Source: the human T2T-CHM13v2.0 reference genome, Homo sapiens. Taken from it: 64,000 nucleotides of DNA. The position numbers and the translations under genes are program-made. Shown in pieces: positions 42,965 to 58,674 of this stretch. Each line of letters begins with the position of its first letter. Position 1 is the first letter of the stretch. Below the pieces are notes generated by a model that was not told the DNA's origin, did no database searches, and saw nothing but the letters and a program-made list of their open reading frames with translations. The DNA is taken from assembly GCF_009914755.1 (NCBI RefSeq), contig NC_060929.1, one strand, 5' to 3'.

Positions 42965-44653
42965 GTAAGTCTCTCTCAGTTTTTGGTTTGTATAGATTAT
43001 TTCCTTATCTTTAAACCTACATATCCAGTTGAGATGGGTAAGATTTTTGTCAAATGCCTAACCATTGGATATAGTGCTTGCATATTCAAACTTAAACATT
43101 GCTATAGCAACAGGTATTTTTAAACATTGTGATTGTCCTATAGGTCTGTGGCCCTTTCAAGACCCTATCTATTCTTCCTGTAGGTAGTCCTTATTCAGGA
43201 CTTGTCCTGTTTTATTCAGAACTGGCTATTCCTTCAGACAGCATATATTGATAATCATCCTCCCATGTCTTTGACTTCCCACATGCTCGTTCTTGCTGTT
43301 TCAGCAGAGAAGTGAGTGGGAGGGAGAGCTGTTTTGGAAAAAGATGGGTTGAGCCTATTCTAGAGCAGCAGGCAAGTTCTCCAATTTTCCCATGTAATTA
43401 TTTTCTTCCATGAAGCAGGAGACGTCAAGGGGAGTGAGGAATCACATTGGACAACTTACTGGGACAGAAATTGCAGCTGATCTATGGGAATTATTCCGCT
43501 TTAGCCCAATAGTTATTTTAGATAGTAAAATTATTTTAAATAGTTATTTTAAATAACTATTTAAATTAAATATTTTAAATAGTTAAATAGTAAATTTACT
43601 TGGCTTCAACCCTCTCCTACCCCATCTCTCAAACCTTGTGAACTCCAAATTTGAGAATTGCTTTATGGCATTAAAAAAATTGTGAAAATTTCTGTGTCTC
43701 AGCTTATATTTAGTTGGCTATGGGTATCAAAATTAATCCAATTAACTGAATCAGTTAAAAGGTTGCTATCTCTGGAGGGCATTGCTGTAGTAGTATAATA
43801 TTTTTAGAATTAATGGTCATTTTCTCTAATTGTTAAAGTGGCTTATATTCTTGAAGCATTTTTGAGTGTCTTATTGCATTCATTTAAAAAAGGAACATAA
43901 GGTTTTGCAGTAAAAGCTATATCTGGCACTTTATCAATAGGAAAGCTCTAGACACAGGCATTTCTGTCATTCCCAAAGACAAATCTTCAGTTTAACAATC
44001 ATCAGTGTCTGACTATTATGTTTAAATAAGGTTATTAGTAGTTGTTTATACCTCTGGTTTTTAAAAAGAAAACAATGTTAAAAATTCTCCTTATGCAGCA
44101 GTAATGGTTTTTATGAATCTGTGCATTCTAACTGACTTCTTGTGGAAATAGAGGTAGAGCAAAGAGAAGGTAAGGGAGAATTATTTGGGGCCACCTGTTA
44201 CACTAAATTTTTGTTAACTGAAGTCTTTGACCTATTATTTACTATTAGTCTTCAGTTTGCTAACTCAGCGAAGCTCTATTCAGTTATCTTCATTTTATAA
44301 ACAAGAAGAATGAAGTATATTACTTTGGGGATCTGTGGTCATGAAGTCAGTCTTTTGATGTGATTATTATATAATTAAACTTTTTCACATACAGCATAAC
44401 ATTCTACCTTTAGTACTGTCTGGCATAGTCAGAGGAGAAATTTTTCCCTTCAGCTTCAAATGTTTCTTTAAATTGACCTTATCCTAGTGGGTTTGTTGGG
44501 AAAAATTCATTTTAAGGCTTATGGTAAAACTCTTTAGGAGTTAGAATCCCTTTTTTTCTGAATTTCCTTTCTCTTTAAAAATGAAAGGGTTCTTATGCAT
44601 CTTACTTTCTGTCTCTCAACTATGTGCTCAGTATGTTAGTTTTGTTTCTATAA

Positions 44654-44920
<267 letters not shown>

Positions 44921-45138
44921 TAGTAGGTATTAGAATTCTTCACATTTAAGATATTTATGTTATTCTCACTGTCAGTTTTTCAGCTTTATTATAATCCTGT
45001 TTTTTGGGTTTATGTGTGATTGGGGGATGGATGGCATAAGATGTTTACTCATTTGTGCTGAATGCACTTACATCCTCACTGATGGTTGGTTTCAAAGTCT
45101 TCCATTACCTACCTATATGCTCCCAATCTTACCATATT

Positions 45139-45167
45139 TTTCTCTTTCTTCCTTTCTTTCTTTCTTT

Positions 45168-45238
<71 letters not shown>
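45139..45238. repeat. (TTTC)n tetranucleotide microsatellite
   Basis: About 17 near-perfect TTTC units plus a degenerate 5' part. Confidence 0.95.
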
Positions 45239-46390
45239 CAAAAAGATTATTTAAGCCTTTTTATTATTTAGGCTTAGCTCTTTTCTGTTTAGTGCATAAA
45301 TGTGGCTTTGTTTTAGCACTTTGTCTTTGCTACTGTTTCTTTGCTTTTCTAACATAGTTCTTCTACCTTTGATCTCCTCTGCTAATCTTAATGCTTCTTT
45401 AGAAAAACTCAAGCCCCAGATGTTCAACAAAACCGCCCAGATATTCTAGGGTATATTGATCTTTCTGTTAGCTGAGCTCCTACCACTTGAGCATCTAATT
45501 TTAACTGTTCTCCACTTCTTTTGTTTCATGAATGTATGGTTTCTTAATTGCCTGGTAAGTTCCTTTGAGGCAGAGACTGTATCTTGTTTGTACTTCTTGT
45601 ATATATTTGGTGTTAGCATAGTGCTGAACTCATAGAAGGGACTTAATAATTGCTTATTAACTTGAATTATTTAATCTCCTGTTACATACCACAGAAATAG
45701 ATAACCAAATAAAAGTCAGATTATTTTTTTCTAGTATAACTCACATATACATGTAATATATGAAATTTGAAGTATTTTTCTGAAAAGATCATGAGTCAGG
45801 GTCATTTTGTAGAAAAACTTTTTTTTCTCATAGTAATGTAATATTTAAAGTTTGATAGAAGAATATATTTGAAAAATGACTATTCGGTTTTTTTTTTCTC
45901 CTTAATGATACTTTCCTACCTACTGGAATACTCACTGAAATTTTCATTATGCTTATTCTCAATCAGATGATAACATGATTGTTATGTCATAAATGGTTAA
46001 CATTTTTGTATTTTATATTTAGACATTTGAGAAATTTATTCTATGAATAACAGTCACTTATCCATGAAAACAAATGAAAGAAAAGTATAGGAAAAACTTT
46101 CCTCTGATATTTATCTCAAAAAGTATTTCTGCCTCAAAAGTGTTAAACTTATTAAAAAGCTATCTAATTGAATTATTATAACTAATTATAAGTGAAAAGA
46201 TACCTCTATTTGAAGCACAATTTTTAAAAAATGATCTTTTCGATAAGAATTGACTTTCCAGAGCATCTCTTCTACTGTTTTTATTTTACAGATGATGGAA
46301 CTAAATCCCAGGAAAACCTAAACTAGCCAGTGTTTGAGCCAAGAAGTAATTCATGTTGTCTATTTCTGGAAGGAGGTGGCTTTCAACTAA

Positions 46391-46758
<368 letters not shown>

Positions 46759-47329
46759 TAAGGTTTGTGAGAAAGGTCCCAGGGCCTTCAGAATATCTTA
46801 TGGAGATGTGGATGCCCCATGAGCCTCCTTTATTAACCTTTTAGACCTGCAGAAAAGCAGCTTTTGATCCCTGTCTGGAGTCATTGGTTATGATGATGAT
46901 TTTCTCTGGAAGAATTTTTGGTACTATCTTCAGAGCTATTACTTGTACAAAGAACTGGGAGTAGGGGTGAGGAGGTAATCTTGGCATTCTTTCATCCTGG
47001 GAAGAATGGAAATCAGTTGAGAGGAGGAATCAGTGATCTCTCCATCAGACAAATTGCATGTCTATAGACAAGTATTTCCCTTTAAAGGTTGTAAAATAGC
47101 TTAAAGACATTGGAAAGCCCAGTGCCGCCTTAGAATCAGATAACCAGGGAAGGATATGCTAGACAATGTCTTGTATTTCATTGAAGATGTCCATTTATTT
47201 TTGGCCTATTTCAGTCTTTCGCAATTTTTTCCTTCAATAGCCTGACATACATTCAGTTCATGAGTGGCAATGGAGGCTCTGTAGCAGGTTTGCTGAATGT
47301 TATAGGAATAATTATGTAGCATATTGTAG

Positions 47330-47512
<183 letters not shown>

Positions 47513-49116
47513 TAAAGCGTTTGCCTTCTCTGGAGACTTTCCCTCCCTTCTTCCCTCCCTGCTTTCTTCCTCCCCTACTTCTTTCTCTTTTCTTTTGGAT
47601 GCAGTTACTTTCTTTCAGTCTCTAATAATGGAGAGAAGCAGTGGCAGAGATAATTTAAAATAGAGGATTTATTCAGGAATCGTTTATGATTGACTTTATA
47701 ACATACAGCCTGATTTCAACATACAGAGTATTCAGGACAGTTGAGCCACATGAAGAGATGGCTCAGGATGAATTCTAACACTGTCCAGAGTACTTTATTT
47801 GTCTTTTTAGTTTCTCCTTTTCCCTCTCTTAGATTTCTCTGGACTGTACCCTGCATTTCTTTTCCCTAATGGGAAAGGAGATCAGAGCGATTGGGTATCA
47901 GTTTCCAAGGTTTTGCCTAGTAGCCGAGTGGGGCTTGGAGAATGGAGGTAACCCACTCAGCTTCTTCTCCTGGTTGGAAACAGAGCTGCTGAAAGCTCAT
48001 CATGAACTTTTTAGAGGGATACTCCTTACTTGCATATAATTTTTGGTAGGCTCCATTGGGGGGGTGTGATGAATCAGGTTAGCTGCCTGAGTGGTGCTTT
48101 AGCCAACCTCATTTTTACCCCCTGCAATGCTGTTTGGAAATTGACTCAGGGAGGTACTGAATGGAAGAGGAAAAAAGGGAGTAGTACCTCAACTGTTGAT
48201 AAAATGAACTGTGGCTAAACTGATATCTAGTCCAGATATGTATGCCTGCCTGGACTGTCTGTCTTCCATATACAGTTCTCATTCTACCCGTTCATAGTTC
48301 TTTATCTCTTTAAGGATAGCTTTAAATTGAGTTTAAGTAGATTTGAGTTGTGTGGGAATTTGTATTTGGGAGGGGAGACTATGACACCATGACTTCTGGA
48401 GGTTATATGCTCCCAGGTTCTTTGTTGTGTTTTTTACCCCTTTACCTAATGCCCATAAGGCTTTAAACCTCTATGTTGAAAGTGAAGTGCCTATAATCAG
48501 CAAAATTTTGTTTGAAATGTAAATAATTTTGAAACTTTTTTCACATACAAAAAAATTATTTTCTAAGCTATTTATTGCTAAATGAGTGATGATAAAACTG
48601 TATAAAATATGTACTAAATATTGATAGAATTTGAACATAAGCTCAGATATTAAACTTTTGCTTTTTCTTTTTCAGTACCATTAGATTTCTGTATCTAACT
48701 GTATGACAAGTATCATTTTTTTTTCTTGACCATCAGTAATCCTACTTTAGTAACATTTTCTGACTCTTTAGAAAAGGATATCTAGTTTAGTGCTCTTTTG
48801 GGTCCGTTTCTTTTAAGGGAAGCATCGATATTGTATTTTAGAACTATTTCAACATGGCTGCAAGTAAAATGCTTCCCATTGAGTCAGAAATTCGAGAACA
48901 ATTGTGATAGCTCATGTGAAATTTGCCTATTTACTGTTCCTGTTTGTATTCTTTCTTAAAAAAACTGTACTGGATAAATAGGAAGAAGTAAATCATATGC
49001 CATATTAGATTCTGTTGTTTTGTAACCTATGGTAGGCATTGTGATAAAGAAAATTAAAATTCTAATTTTAAGCCTGAGAATGTGGTCAGTATAGAAATGT
49101 GATTTTTCCTCAAAAT

Positions 49117-49277
49117 AAGGGTTGGCAAACCTTTTTGATGAAGGGCCATATAGTAAATATTTTAGGCTCTGTGGGCTACATAGTGCTTCTATTCTAGTAC
49201 ATATTCTTTCTCTTTTTCTTATTTTTAATCAACCTGTATAAACCATTTTAGCTCTTAGTCCTTGTTTGCCAACTTCT
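49117..49277 (+). mobile_element. MER58A-like hAT MITE
   Basis: AGGGTTGGCAAAC...AAGGGCCATATAGTAAATATTTTAGGC...GTTTGCCAACTTCT terminal inverted repeats. Confidence 0.65.
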
Positions 49278-49443
49278 ACTTTAGAATAAAAATGATTGAA
49301 AAATTGGACATTATTCTTTTATATGTACTTCACTTATTAGCTACGCATATTATCACTAAGTAGAAAAAGACAACATCCAGTTAGACAAAGGATATTCCTG
49401 GGAAGGAAATTCAAGTTAATTTTATTTTACTTAACATTATGAG

Positions 49444-49760
<317 letters not shown>

Positions 49761-50165
49761 TCAAATTTACATCCATTAAGCAGTGTTTTACTCATCTGTT
49801 TACAGTGAACTTTATACATTAGATCTTACAAGCAATTTACTATCCTTAATAACAAATTCATTATTTTTTGGATTTTTGGGTAGCTAATAGTTGCTGAATT
49901 AGAGACAGGAAAGTTGAGTATGAGGCATACTGTCTGTTAGCAAGAAGCAAGCAATAAAAAACTTCTTAACTGTAAATGAAGTCCTTTTCTACACATTACC
50001 TAATTAGTTTCTATTAAAAAATAAAATATAATTGCAATAATTATGCTCCATCAAATTCACTAACATTCTAGTCACATCTATTCAAAAACAAAACTAGGTA
50101 TGTAAGAAGTTAATAGTTTTGAAAAGTTATCAATGAAATAAATTACTTTTTAAAACTGTTCTTAG

Positions 50166-50444
<279 letters not shown>

Positions 50445-50629
50445 TAAATATTATTCATTAATGTCATATCTTATATATATGTGTGTGTAGTGTGTGTATA
50501 TATATTTATATAATTATTTATAGTGGTTAGTTTAGCATATCTTTTGATTTTTCTTTTTAAGAATAAAAGAGGGGAGAGTTAGTTCAAAATGCCAGCAAAA
50601 AGAAGAAAATAACAAGTATGTGTAGTCCC

Positions 50630-51700
50630 ATAACCCTGGCATAATGTTATTCTCTCTCTGCCATTTACTTGATTCTTGACCAAGGGTAAATAACATCTCT
50701 AGGCTTCAGTTTCCTTATCTATAAAATGGATATGATAATCCTCACCTCATGACATTGGTGAAGAAGCAAGCCAGGGAGGAGTATTTAAAGCAAATAGCAC
50801 ATACTTGACTTGTTTTTGGAACAGTAATAGGGCCAGCATAGCTGTAGAGTGAGCAAGGGGGCAATGGTAGGAGAAGGTCATGGAGTAATTGTAAAGATTT
50901 CAGCATATACTTTGATGAACATGTGAAGCCATTTGTTGATCTGAGCTGAGTAGTGACATGATCTGGCTATGTTCACAGACTGGTACAAGCTTGTTGCTTT
51001 TGGAGACTAGGTTATAAGGGAGTCAAGCATGAAAGCAGAGAAACCACTTAAGAGTCTATTATAGTAATCCAAGTAAAAGTGCTGCATATGAGGGTTAGAA
51101 AAGAGGAGTCAAGGATGAAGATGTTTGTTCTGGATAATTGGGATATGTATATATATATATAGAGAGAGATGGGTGCATATATATACATTGTATATAGTTA
51201 TACATTGTATATAGTTATACATTACACATATCTATATGTAATGTATAATTATGTATAGTGTATTTAATATGTATAGTAATTACATATGGCATTATGTATA
51301 ATTTATACATACACATTTATTTTAAGGTGGGGTTGATCAGGAGTTGGTTTTAAATATGTTTGAGGTGTCTGTTACACATTTAAGTGGAAATATAAGATGG
51401 ACAGTTGAATATATGAGTCTAGAGTTCAGGGAGGGGTCTAACTGGGTCCTTAGCATTTACGTGATGTTTAAATACTGGAGATTAGATGAAGTCACCTAAT
51501 GTGTGAGAGTAAGTAGAGAAGAGGCCTGAGTTTAGAGGCCCTGAAATGTTGAGAGGGTAAAGAGATACAGAGGAACTAGCAAAAAGAGACTGCACAGGAA
51601 TGGTTGGTGAGGTATGAGGAGTATCATGAGAATAGGGTATTTGAGAAGCCAAATGAATGAAGTGTGTCAAGAAGGAGGAGGGAACAGTGGTGAGAAGTTC
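50630..51700. mobile_element. MIR plus L2 fragments with an embedded AT-rich low-complexity tract (about 51143-51310)
   Basis: MIR core CTTCAGTTTCCTTATCTATAAAATGG; L2-like GAAAAGAGGAGTCAAGGATGA and GAGTTCAGGGAGGGGTC. Confidence 0.6.
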
Positions 51701-52889
51701 TTTGAGACAGGGTATATTTTATTTCTTGGAGTAAGATTCAGGTTATGAGCCTGGTAATAATTTTTGAATCATGGGGCTATGAGCTGGTATCTGTAACTTT
51801 GACTGATTGGAGAACTTATTTACTGGTGGATCAGTTAGCCCATTGCTGCTCTGAGTTGATGGCCACTTATTTTATTAGAGTGTTTCATGAAGTTGGGAGG
51901 AAGACAAGAAATATGTGCTGGGCAGTTTGCTGTTTCATTCACACTCCCATGGTTAGTTACTATATACTCTGAACAATGTAAATGCAAAAAATTAAAACAA
52001 ATGTTTCAAAATTCCCCCTAACAATTGGAAATCGTAAATGGTGTTCATGCATCTTGGAACTTGAATCCTAGTCTTCTTAACCTTGACTTTTTCAAGCCGT
52101 ATGACACAGTAAAGCTGACCTTCATTTGTCTTCTCATCAACCACCTCCCCTTCTTCTTCTTCCTTTTTTTTTTTTTTTTAAATCCTTTTGGGTTCTGAGG
52201 AAGACTGGTAAACTGGCCCTCTGCAGTGAAAGTGGGATCATTTGAGTGTATGCTTCAAGTTTTGGTTTTCCTGTCCTGTTGTTTTCCTATATACCTTGGT
52301 GCATTCTTTGTTTGATACATTGAGGTTAAGTGGCTATTAAGTTACACAGTGTCCTTAGTATCTACTCTTTGTAGATAATTTACAAAGTATTATAAGAAAG
52401 GGATATTCACATTGACAGTGCTTTCATTTTGAACATGGTTGTAAGGTTTTTCTTTGTGTTTTAGTTGTGTCGTTTGTATTTGGTATATGTGACCTGAAAT
52501 TACTAGCACTGGCGCATTTGTTCATTCTTATTCAATGAATATTTATTGGATGCCCAATATGTTCCAGGCACTGTTATAAGTTCTGGGAATACAGCCTAGT
52601 TTATTGTCTCTTGGCAAATAATATGTAATTAACAGTCAACAAGGCTTTATGAACGCCAAGAAAGAACACAAATATATCTTCTCTGCTCCAGAAGAGCTGA
52701 CTGTCTTGAGATTGGGGGATTGATTATTTTTCAATCACATGATTAAGAAGAAGCCAAACAGAGATAGATAACTTGGAGAGAAATGTGAGCCTGTGGATGG
52801 TAAAATGTCACCTGCGAGTAACAGTATCCATAGGCAGAACCTGTGGAGCAAGAAAGTTTGCTAATAAAATTTTGTTTACCCTAACATAG

Positions 52890-52941
52890 GTTCTTCATGG
52901 AGAGCAGTACTTAGAGTTATATAAACCACTTCCCAGAGCAG
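52890..52941 (+). CDS. HSD17B4: HSD17B4 exon 14 (VLHGEQYLELYKPLPRA-G)
   Basis: ATAG acceptor, GTGAGT donor; LHGEQ motif. Confidence 0.98.
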
Positions 52942-53926
52942 GTGAGTTATTGATATACTAATTCCATAATACCATACTTTTATTTCTGGATTAACCTTTT
53001 AAACAACATCAGTGTGTTAAACTGGTATAGAGTGACCTAATGAAACATATCACAAATTGTTATGCACATGTGAGCCATTAGAGTAGACTGATGTTAACTA
53101 GTATCTGTTTTGGTCACCTTAAGCTTTGTCCTTTAATAGTCTTAAAAATTTATTTCATAATTTATCTCTGTTGATGTATGTGTTATTAACAACTGAAAGG
53201 AACGTTCGTGTATGTGCTCTAAACTTAGTGATTGCATATAATCTGTTATGGTTCTTATGATTATTGTTCTTTTCTCAGGTATTTATCTTTATACTGATTT
53301 TCATAAAGCAAACAATGTTAAAAGATACAGAATTTCTTGTAATTCATTTTTTTCTTTTTTTTTGGAGAAAATAAAAACAAGTCTGCTTTAATAATCATTT
53401 TTACTTTTCTCAAAAATATCTTACTTGTTTAGTAAATCTCTTTTAATTTTTTTCACTATAATTGGATATATTTATTTCTCTACTTTGATGTTTGAATGTT
53501 GTCTAATTATATACTGGTCATATAAGGTGGTAGAATACAAAAAGGAATGTTTTGTTAATATTTGTCATTTCATGTTATACAATGTAGAGGTCGGCAAGTA
53601 GCTAGAATCCTACTTGAATATTTTTCTTAAACCTTTTTATTTTTCTAAAAAATGTATGAGATTTTTATTGCTTGAAGCTGAATAGCTTTATTTCAGTGTA
53701 AGTATTATAGCATAAGTTTTCAAAACAGCTCTTTTTATGTGAAACAGTACACTTTGTGGTGATTGTGCATTGATCAAATATCTGCTGGATACCCAGTATT
53801 TGCAAGGCACAGTATTAGGTAGTAGGTAATTTTCTAACCTGTCTGTATATCAAAATCACCCGAGTTATTACATTATATTATCTGTTAATTTAAGTAAAAT
53901 GTAGATTCTCAATCCCAACCTTGGAA

Positions 53927-53928
<2 letters not shown>

Positions 53929-53966
<38 letters not shown>
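53929..53966. repeat. (TG)19 microsatellite
   Basis: Read directly from the sequence. Confidence 0.95.
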
Positions 53967-53974
<8 letters not shown>

Positions 53975-54594
53975 CATGTATGTATGTGGTGGGGTGGTGG
54001 TGTTGGTGACAGTGGCTAGGAAGCTCCTTACATGTTTCATATGTACCCAGCCCTATGGGTCCACTTGGAAACCATTGTTATAAGGGAAGTAGAAATGTGC
54101 AAGATAGGTTTCTGCCGTTAGGGATTTTAAAATACGAAAAGAGAGATTAGATGTATACTCCAGAGTGATGATAACTGAACAGTGATGTGAATAGGAAGGT
54201 GTAGAGAATAACTTTTTCATTTTTTTTTACCTCCTTAGCCTCAAGTTATATTTCTCATGAATTATTTTTTCTCAGCCTGTGCATTTTCTTTAAGCAGTTT
54301 TAAAATTTACTGTGTAGTAAATGTGAATGTTCAAAATATGAGATATTTGTGGTTTGGAACCTTTTAAACTGCAGAAAACCAAGGTCACGACTACTGTTTA
54401 TAATCTACTACTGTTTATAAAACACACCAATTGATGAGACACAGAGTGTCAAGCATCAGGAGACTGATAACAACATCTCTTAATGGCTCATTTGTTGGCT
54501 ATAGTGGTAGTGTCATAGGCTGACTTACCCTAATCATGTTAAAAATAACCACTAGAAGGAGTGAAGGAACGCAGCAGTACTTTCTTTTCTGTCT

Positions 54595-56650
54595 GTTTTT
54601 TTTTTTTGGTTTTATATAAACTTTATTATTTTAAAAAAGAATTTTAACTTTTATTTTAGATTCAGGAGGTACCTGTGCAGATTTATTACGTGGGTGTATT
54701 GTGTGATGCTAAACTTTGGGATATGAATGATCCCATCACTCAGGTAGTGAGCATAGTACCCAATAGGTAGTTTTTCAGTTCTTGCTCTCCCTACTCTAGT
54801 AGTCCCCATTGTCTGTTGTTCCCATCTTTATGTCCACGTGTACCCAGAGTTCAGCTCCCACTTATAAGTGAAAACACACAGTATTTGGTTTTTTGTTCCT
54901 GCATTAATTCACTTAGGATAATGACGTCCAACTGTATCCATGTTGCTGCGGAGCACATGATTTTGTTCTTTTTCATGGCTGCGTAGTATTCCATGGTATA
55001 TATGTACCACATTTTCTTTATCCATTTCACCATTGATGGGCACCTAGATTGATTCCATGTCTTTGCTATTGTGAATAGTGCTGCAGTGAGCATATGAGTG
55101 CATATGTCTTTTTGGTGGAATGATTTCTTTTCCTTTGGGTATATATCCAGTAATGAGATTGCTGGGTCAAATGGTAGTTCTGTTTTAAGTTCTTTGAGAA
55201 ATCTCCAGACTGCTTTTCATGGTAGCTGTACTAATTTACATTCCCTCCAACAGTGTATAAATGTTCTGTTTTATCTGCAGCCTCACCAGCATCTGTTATT
55301 TTTTTGACTTTTTAGTAATAGCCATTCTGACTGATGTGACATGGTATCTCATTGTGGTTTTGATTTGCATTTCTCTGATGATTAGTGTTATGAAGCATTT
55401 TTTTTATGTTTGTTGGCCACTTGTGTGTCTTCTTTTGAGAAGTGTCTGTTATGTCCTTTGCCCATTTCTTAATGGGATTATTTGTTTTTTGCTTGTTGAA
55501 CTACGTTCCTCATAGATTCTAGACATTAGACCTCTATTGGATACATAGTGTGAGAATATTTTCTCCCATTCTTTAGGTTGTCTGTTTACTCTGTTCATAG
55601 TTTAATTAGGTCCTACTTGTTAATCTTTGTTTTGATCGTAATTGCTTTTGAGGACTTAGCCATAAATTATTTCCTAAGGCTGATGTCCAGGATGGTATTT
55701 CCTATGTTTTATTCTAGAATTTTAATACTTTGAGGTCTTACATCTAAATATTTAATCCATCTTGAGTTAATTTTTGTATATGATGAAAGGTGGGAGTCTA
55801 GTTTCATTTTTCTGCATATGGCTAGCCAGTTATCTCAGCACCGTTTATTGAATAGGGAGTCCTTTCCCCATTCCCTATATTTGTCAACTTTGTCAAAGAT
55901 CAGATGGTTGTAGGTGTGTGGGTTTACTTCTGGGTTCTCTGTTCTTTTCCATTGGTCTTTTCTTGTACCAGTGCCATGCTGTTTTGGTTACTGTAGTTTT
56001 ATAGTATAGTTTCAAGTCAGTTAATATGATACTTCCAGCTTTGTTTTTTTTTTTTACTTGGGATTGCTTTGACTATTCTGGCTCTTTCTGGTACCATATG
56101 AGTTTTAGAATAGTTTTTTCTAATTCTGTAAAAAATGACATTGGTGGTTTCATAGGAACAGCATTGAATCTGCAGATTGCTTTGAGTAGTACGACCATTT
56201 TAACAATATTGATTCTTCCAACCCATGAGTATGGAATGTTTTTTCCATTTGTTTGTGTTATCTGATTTCTTTCAGCAGTGTTTTATAGTTCTCCTTGTAG
56301 AGACCTTACACCACCTTGATTAGATGTATTCCTAGATATTTTATTTTTTTGTGCTATTGTAAATGAGATTGCATTCTTAATTTGGCTCTCAGCTTGAATA
56401 TTGTTGGTGTATGGAAATGCTACTCTTTTTTGTTCATTGATTTTGTATCCTGAAACTTTTACTTGACTCATTATCAGTTCTAGGAGCCTTTTGGTAGATG
56501 GAGTCTTTAGTGTTCTCTAGGTATAGAATGATATCATTGGTGAAGAGAGATAATTTGACTTCTTCTCCTGTTTGGATGTCTTAACATTTTTTTTTTTTTA
56601 TTGCCAGATTGCTCTGGGTAGGAGTTGCAGTATTGTGTTGAATAGGAGTA
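54595..56650 (-). mobile_element. L1PA15/16- or L1PB-like 3' fragment, about 2 kb
   Basis: Antisense 3'UTR and ORF2 C-terminus (ALFTIAKTWNQSRCPS...WYIYTMEYY). Confidence 0.85.
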
Positions 56651-56866
56651 GAAATTTAAGAAAGAATGGGGTAAACAGTATTGGTTGTATGCTCAACAAA
56701 TGTTTGTTGAATAACAGGGTCAAAAGACACCAAGAGGAGTCCTTGACATTGCCAATGGTTATTTAAAAAAATCTAATGTATCAAATATTGATGTTTGAAA
56801 TTTAGCGATTCCGGTATTCTGACTGCTTTTACTGTTGAATTATTTTTTCTAGTGAGTTCAGGAACA

Positions 56867-57535
56867 TTATTATTATTTTTTATTATACTTTAAGTTCTGG
56901 GGTACATGTGCACAATGTGCAGTTTTGTTACATAGGTATACACGTGCCATGGTGGTTTGCTGCACACATCAACCCGTCACCTATATTAGGTATTTCTCCT
57001 AATGTTATCCCTCCCCTTGTCCTGCACACCTTGACAGGCCCCGGTGTGTGATGTTCCCCTCCCTGTGTCCATGTGTTCTCATTGTTCAACTCCCACTTAT
57101 GAGTGAGAACGTGCGTTGTTTGATTTTCTGATCTTGTGATAGTTTGCTGAGAATGATGGTTTCCAGCTTCATCCATGTCCCTGCAAAGGACATGAACTCA
57201 TCCTTTTTTATGGCTGCATAGTATTCCATGGTGTATATGTGCCACATTTTCTTTATCCAGTCTATTATTGATGGACATTTGGGTTGGTTCCAAGTCTTTG
57301 CTATTGTGAATAGTGCCACAATAAATATACGTGTGCATGTGTCTTTGTAGTAGAATGATTTATAATCCTTTGGGTACATACCCAGTAATGGGATTGCTGG
57401 GTCAAATGGTATTTCTAGTTCTAGATCCTTGAGGAATCGCCACACTGTCTTCCACAGTGGTTGAACTAATTTACACTCCCACCAACAGTGTAAAAGCGTT
57501 CTTATTTCTCCACATCCTCTGCAGCATCTGTTGTT
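56867..57535 (-). mobile_element. 5'-truncated L1PA (mid-age primate), ending about 135 bp before exon 15
   Basis: Nearly intact ORF2 C-terminus (LLHCWWECKLVQPLWKTVW...); TSD GTTCAGGAACA(T/C)TATT at 56856-56871 and 57533-57548. Confidence 0.92.
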
Positions 57536-57638
57536 CAGGAACACTATTTCAAACCATAGTTTTTTAGTTTTGCTGAGCTTACAGTGGAAATGCTATTAAA
57601 TTCTTTCACATCTTATTATAGTAATCTTTGGTTTTTAA

Positions 57639-57779
<141 letters not shown>

Positions 57780-58353
57780 TGATAGGCTTTGTGTATGACA
57801 TAATACTTCACCATAGAAGTTGATTAATAAGTTAGTATTTGTCTTCCAATTTGTTAGAAAACAAGATAAGCATTTTTAAACTCTTTAAGAAAAATAAAGA
57901 AGGAGGGGGAGAAGCATTTATTTCTGGGCTTAGGCTGGGAAGGGTGAGGCATTTCATTGGATTTAAGACAACATAACCAAAGCACAAAGGTGATAAATGT
58001 GGCTTGTATTGATAATGTAGAGGAGAATTAAGCTTGCTGGAGTATGTTTTTGGCAGGAAGGAATATTAGATAGTCCTCACTTGACAATTAGGCTGTGTTT
58101 TAGGTATTCTTTAATGTGTTAGCTATTTGGAACTTGGAACATATTTGAACACTAAATTATTCTTATAAATGGTAGTTAGGCTCCTAGACTTGTGCTTTTA
58201 TAAGTTTCTAGACTTGAACTTATGATGTGGTTTAAACACCACAGCCACATTTTATTTGCAGTGGGAAAAAAGATTGTAGTAGTTTAATAAATGTTGAAAT
58301 ACTAGTAATTAAACATAAGGTGAAGATATGATGCTTAAAATTTGTAAATTTTA

Positions 58354-58674
<321 letters not shown>

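Noticed and set aside
46292-46345. Possible 54-nt cryptic exon in intron 11
   Set aside because: MIR-like TTTTACAGATG acceptor is ubiquitous, the donor is weak, there is an in-frame stop and no other support.
53262-53285. Pyrimidine tract plus AG|GT resembling a recursive splice site
   Set aside because: The intron is only about 4.7 kb and the regenerated donor GTATTT is weak; likely chance.
57086-57544. 152-aa well-preserved ORF
   Set aside because: C-terminus of L1 ORF2 in a 5'-truncated, promoterless insertion.
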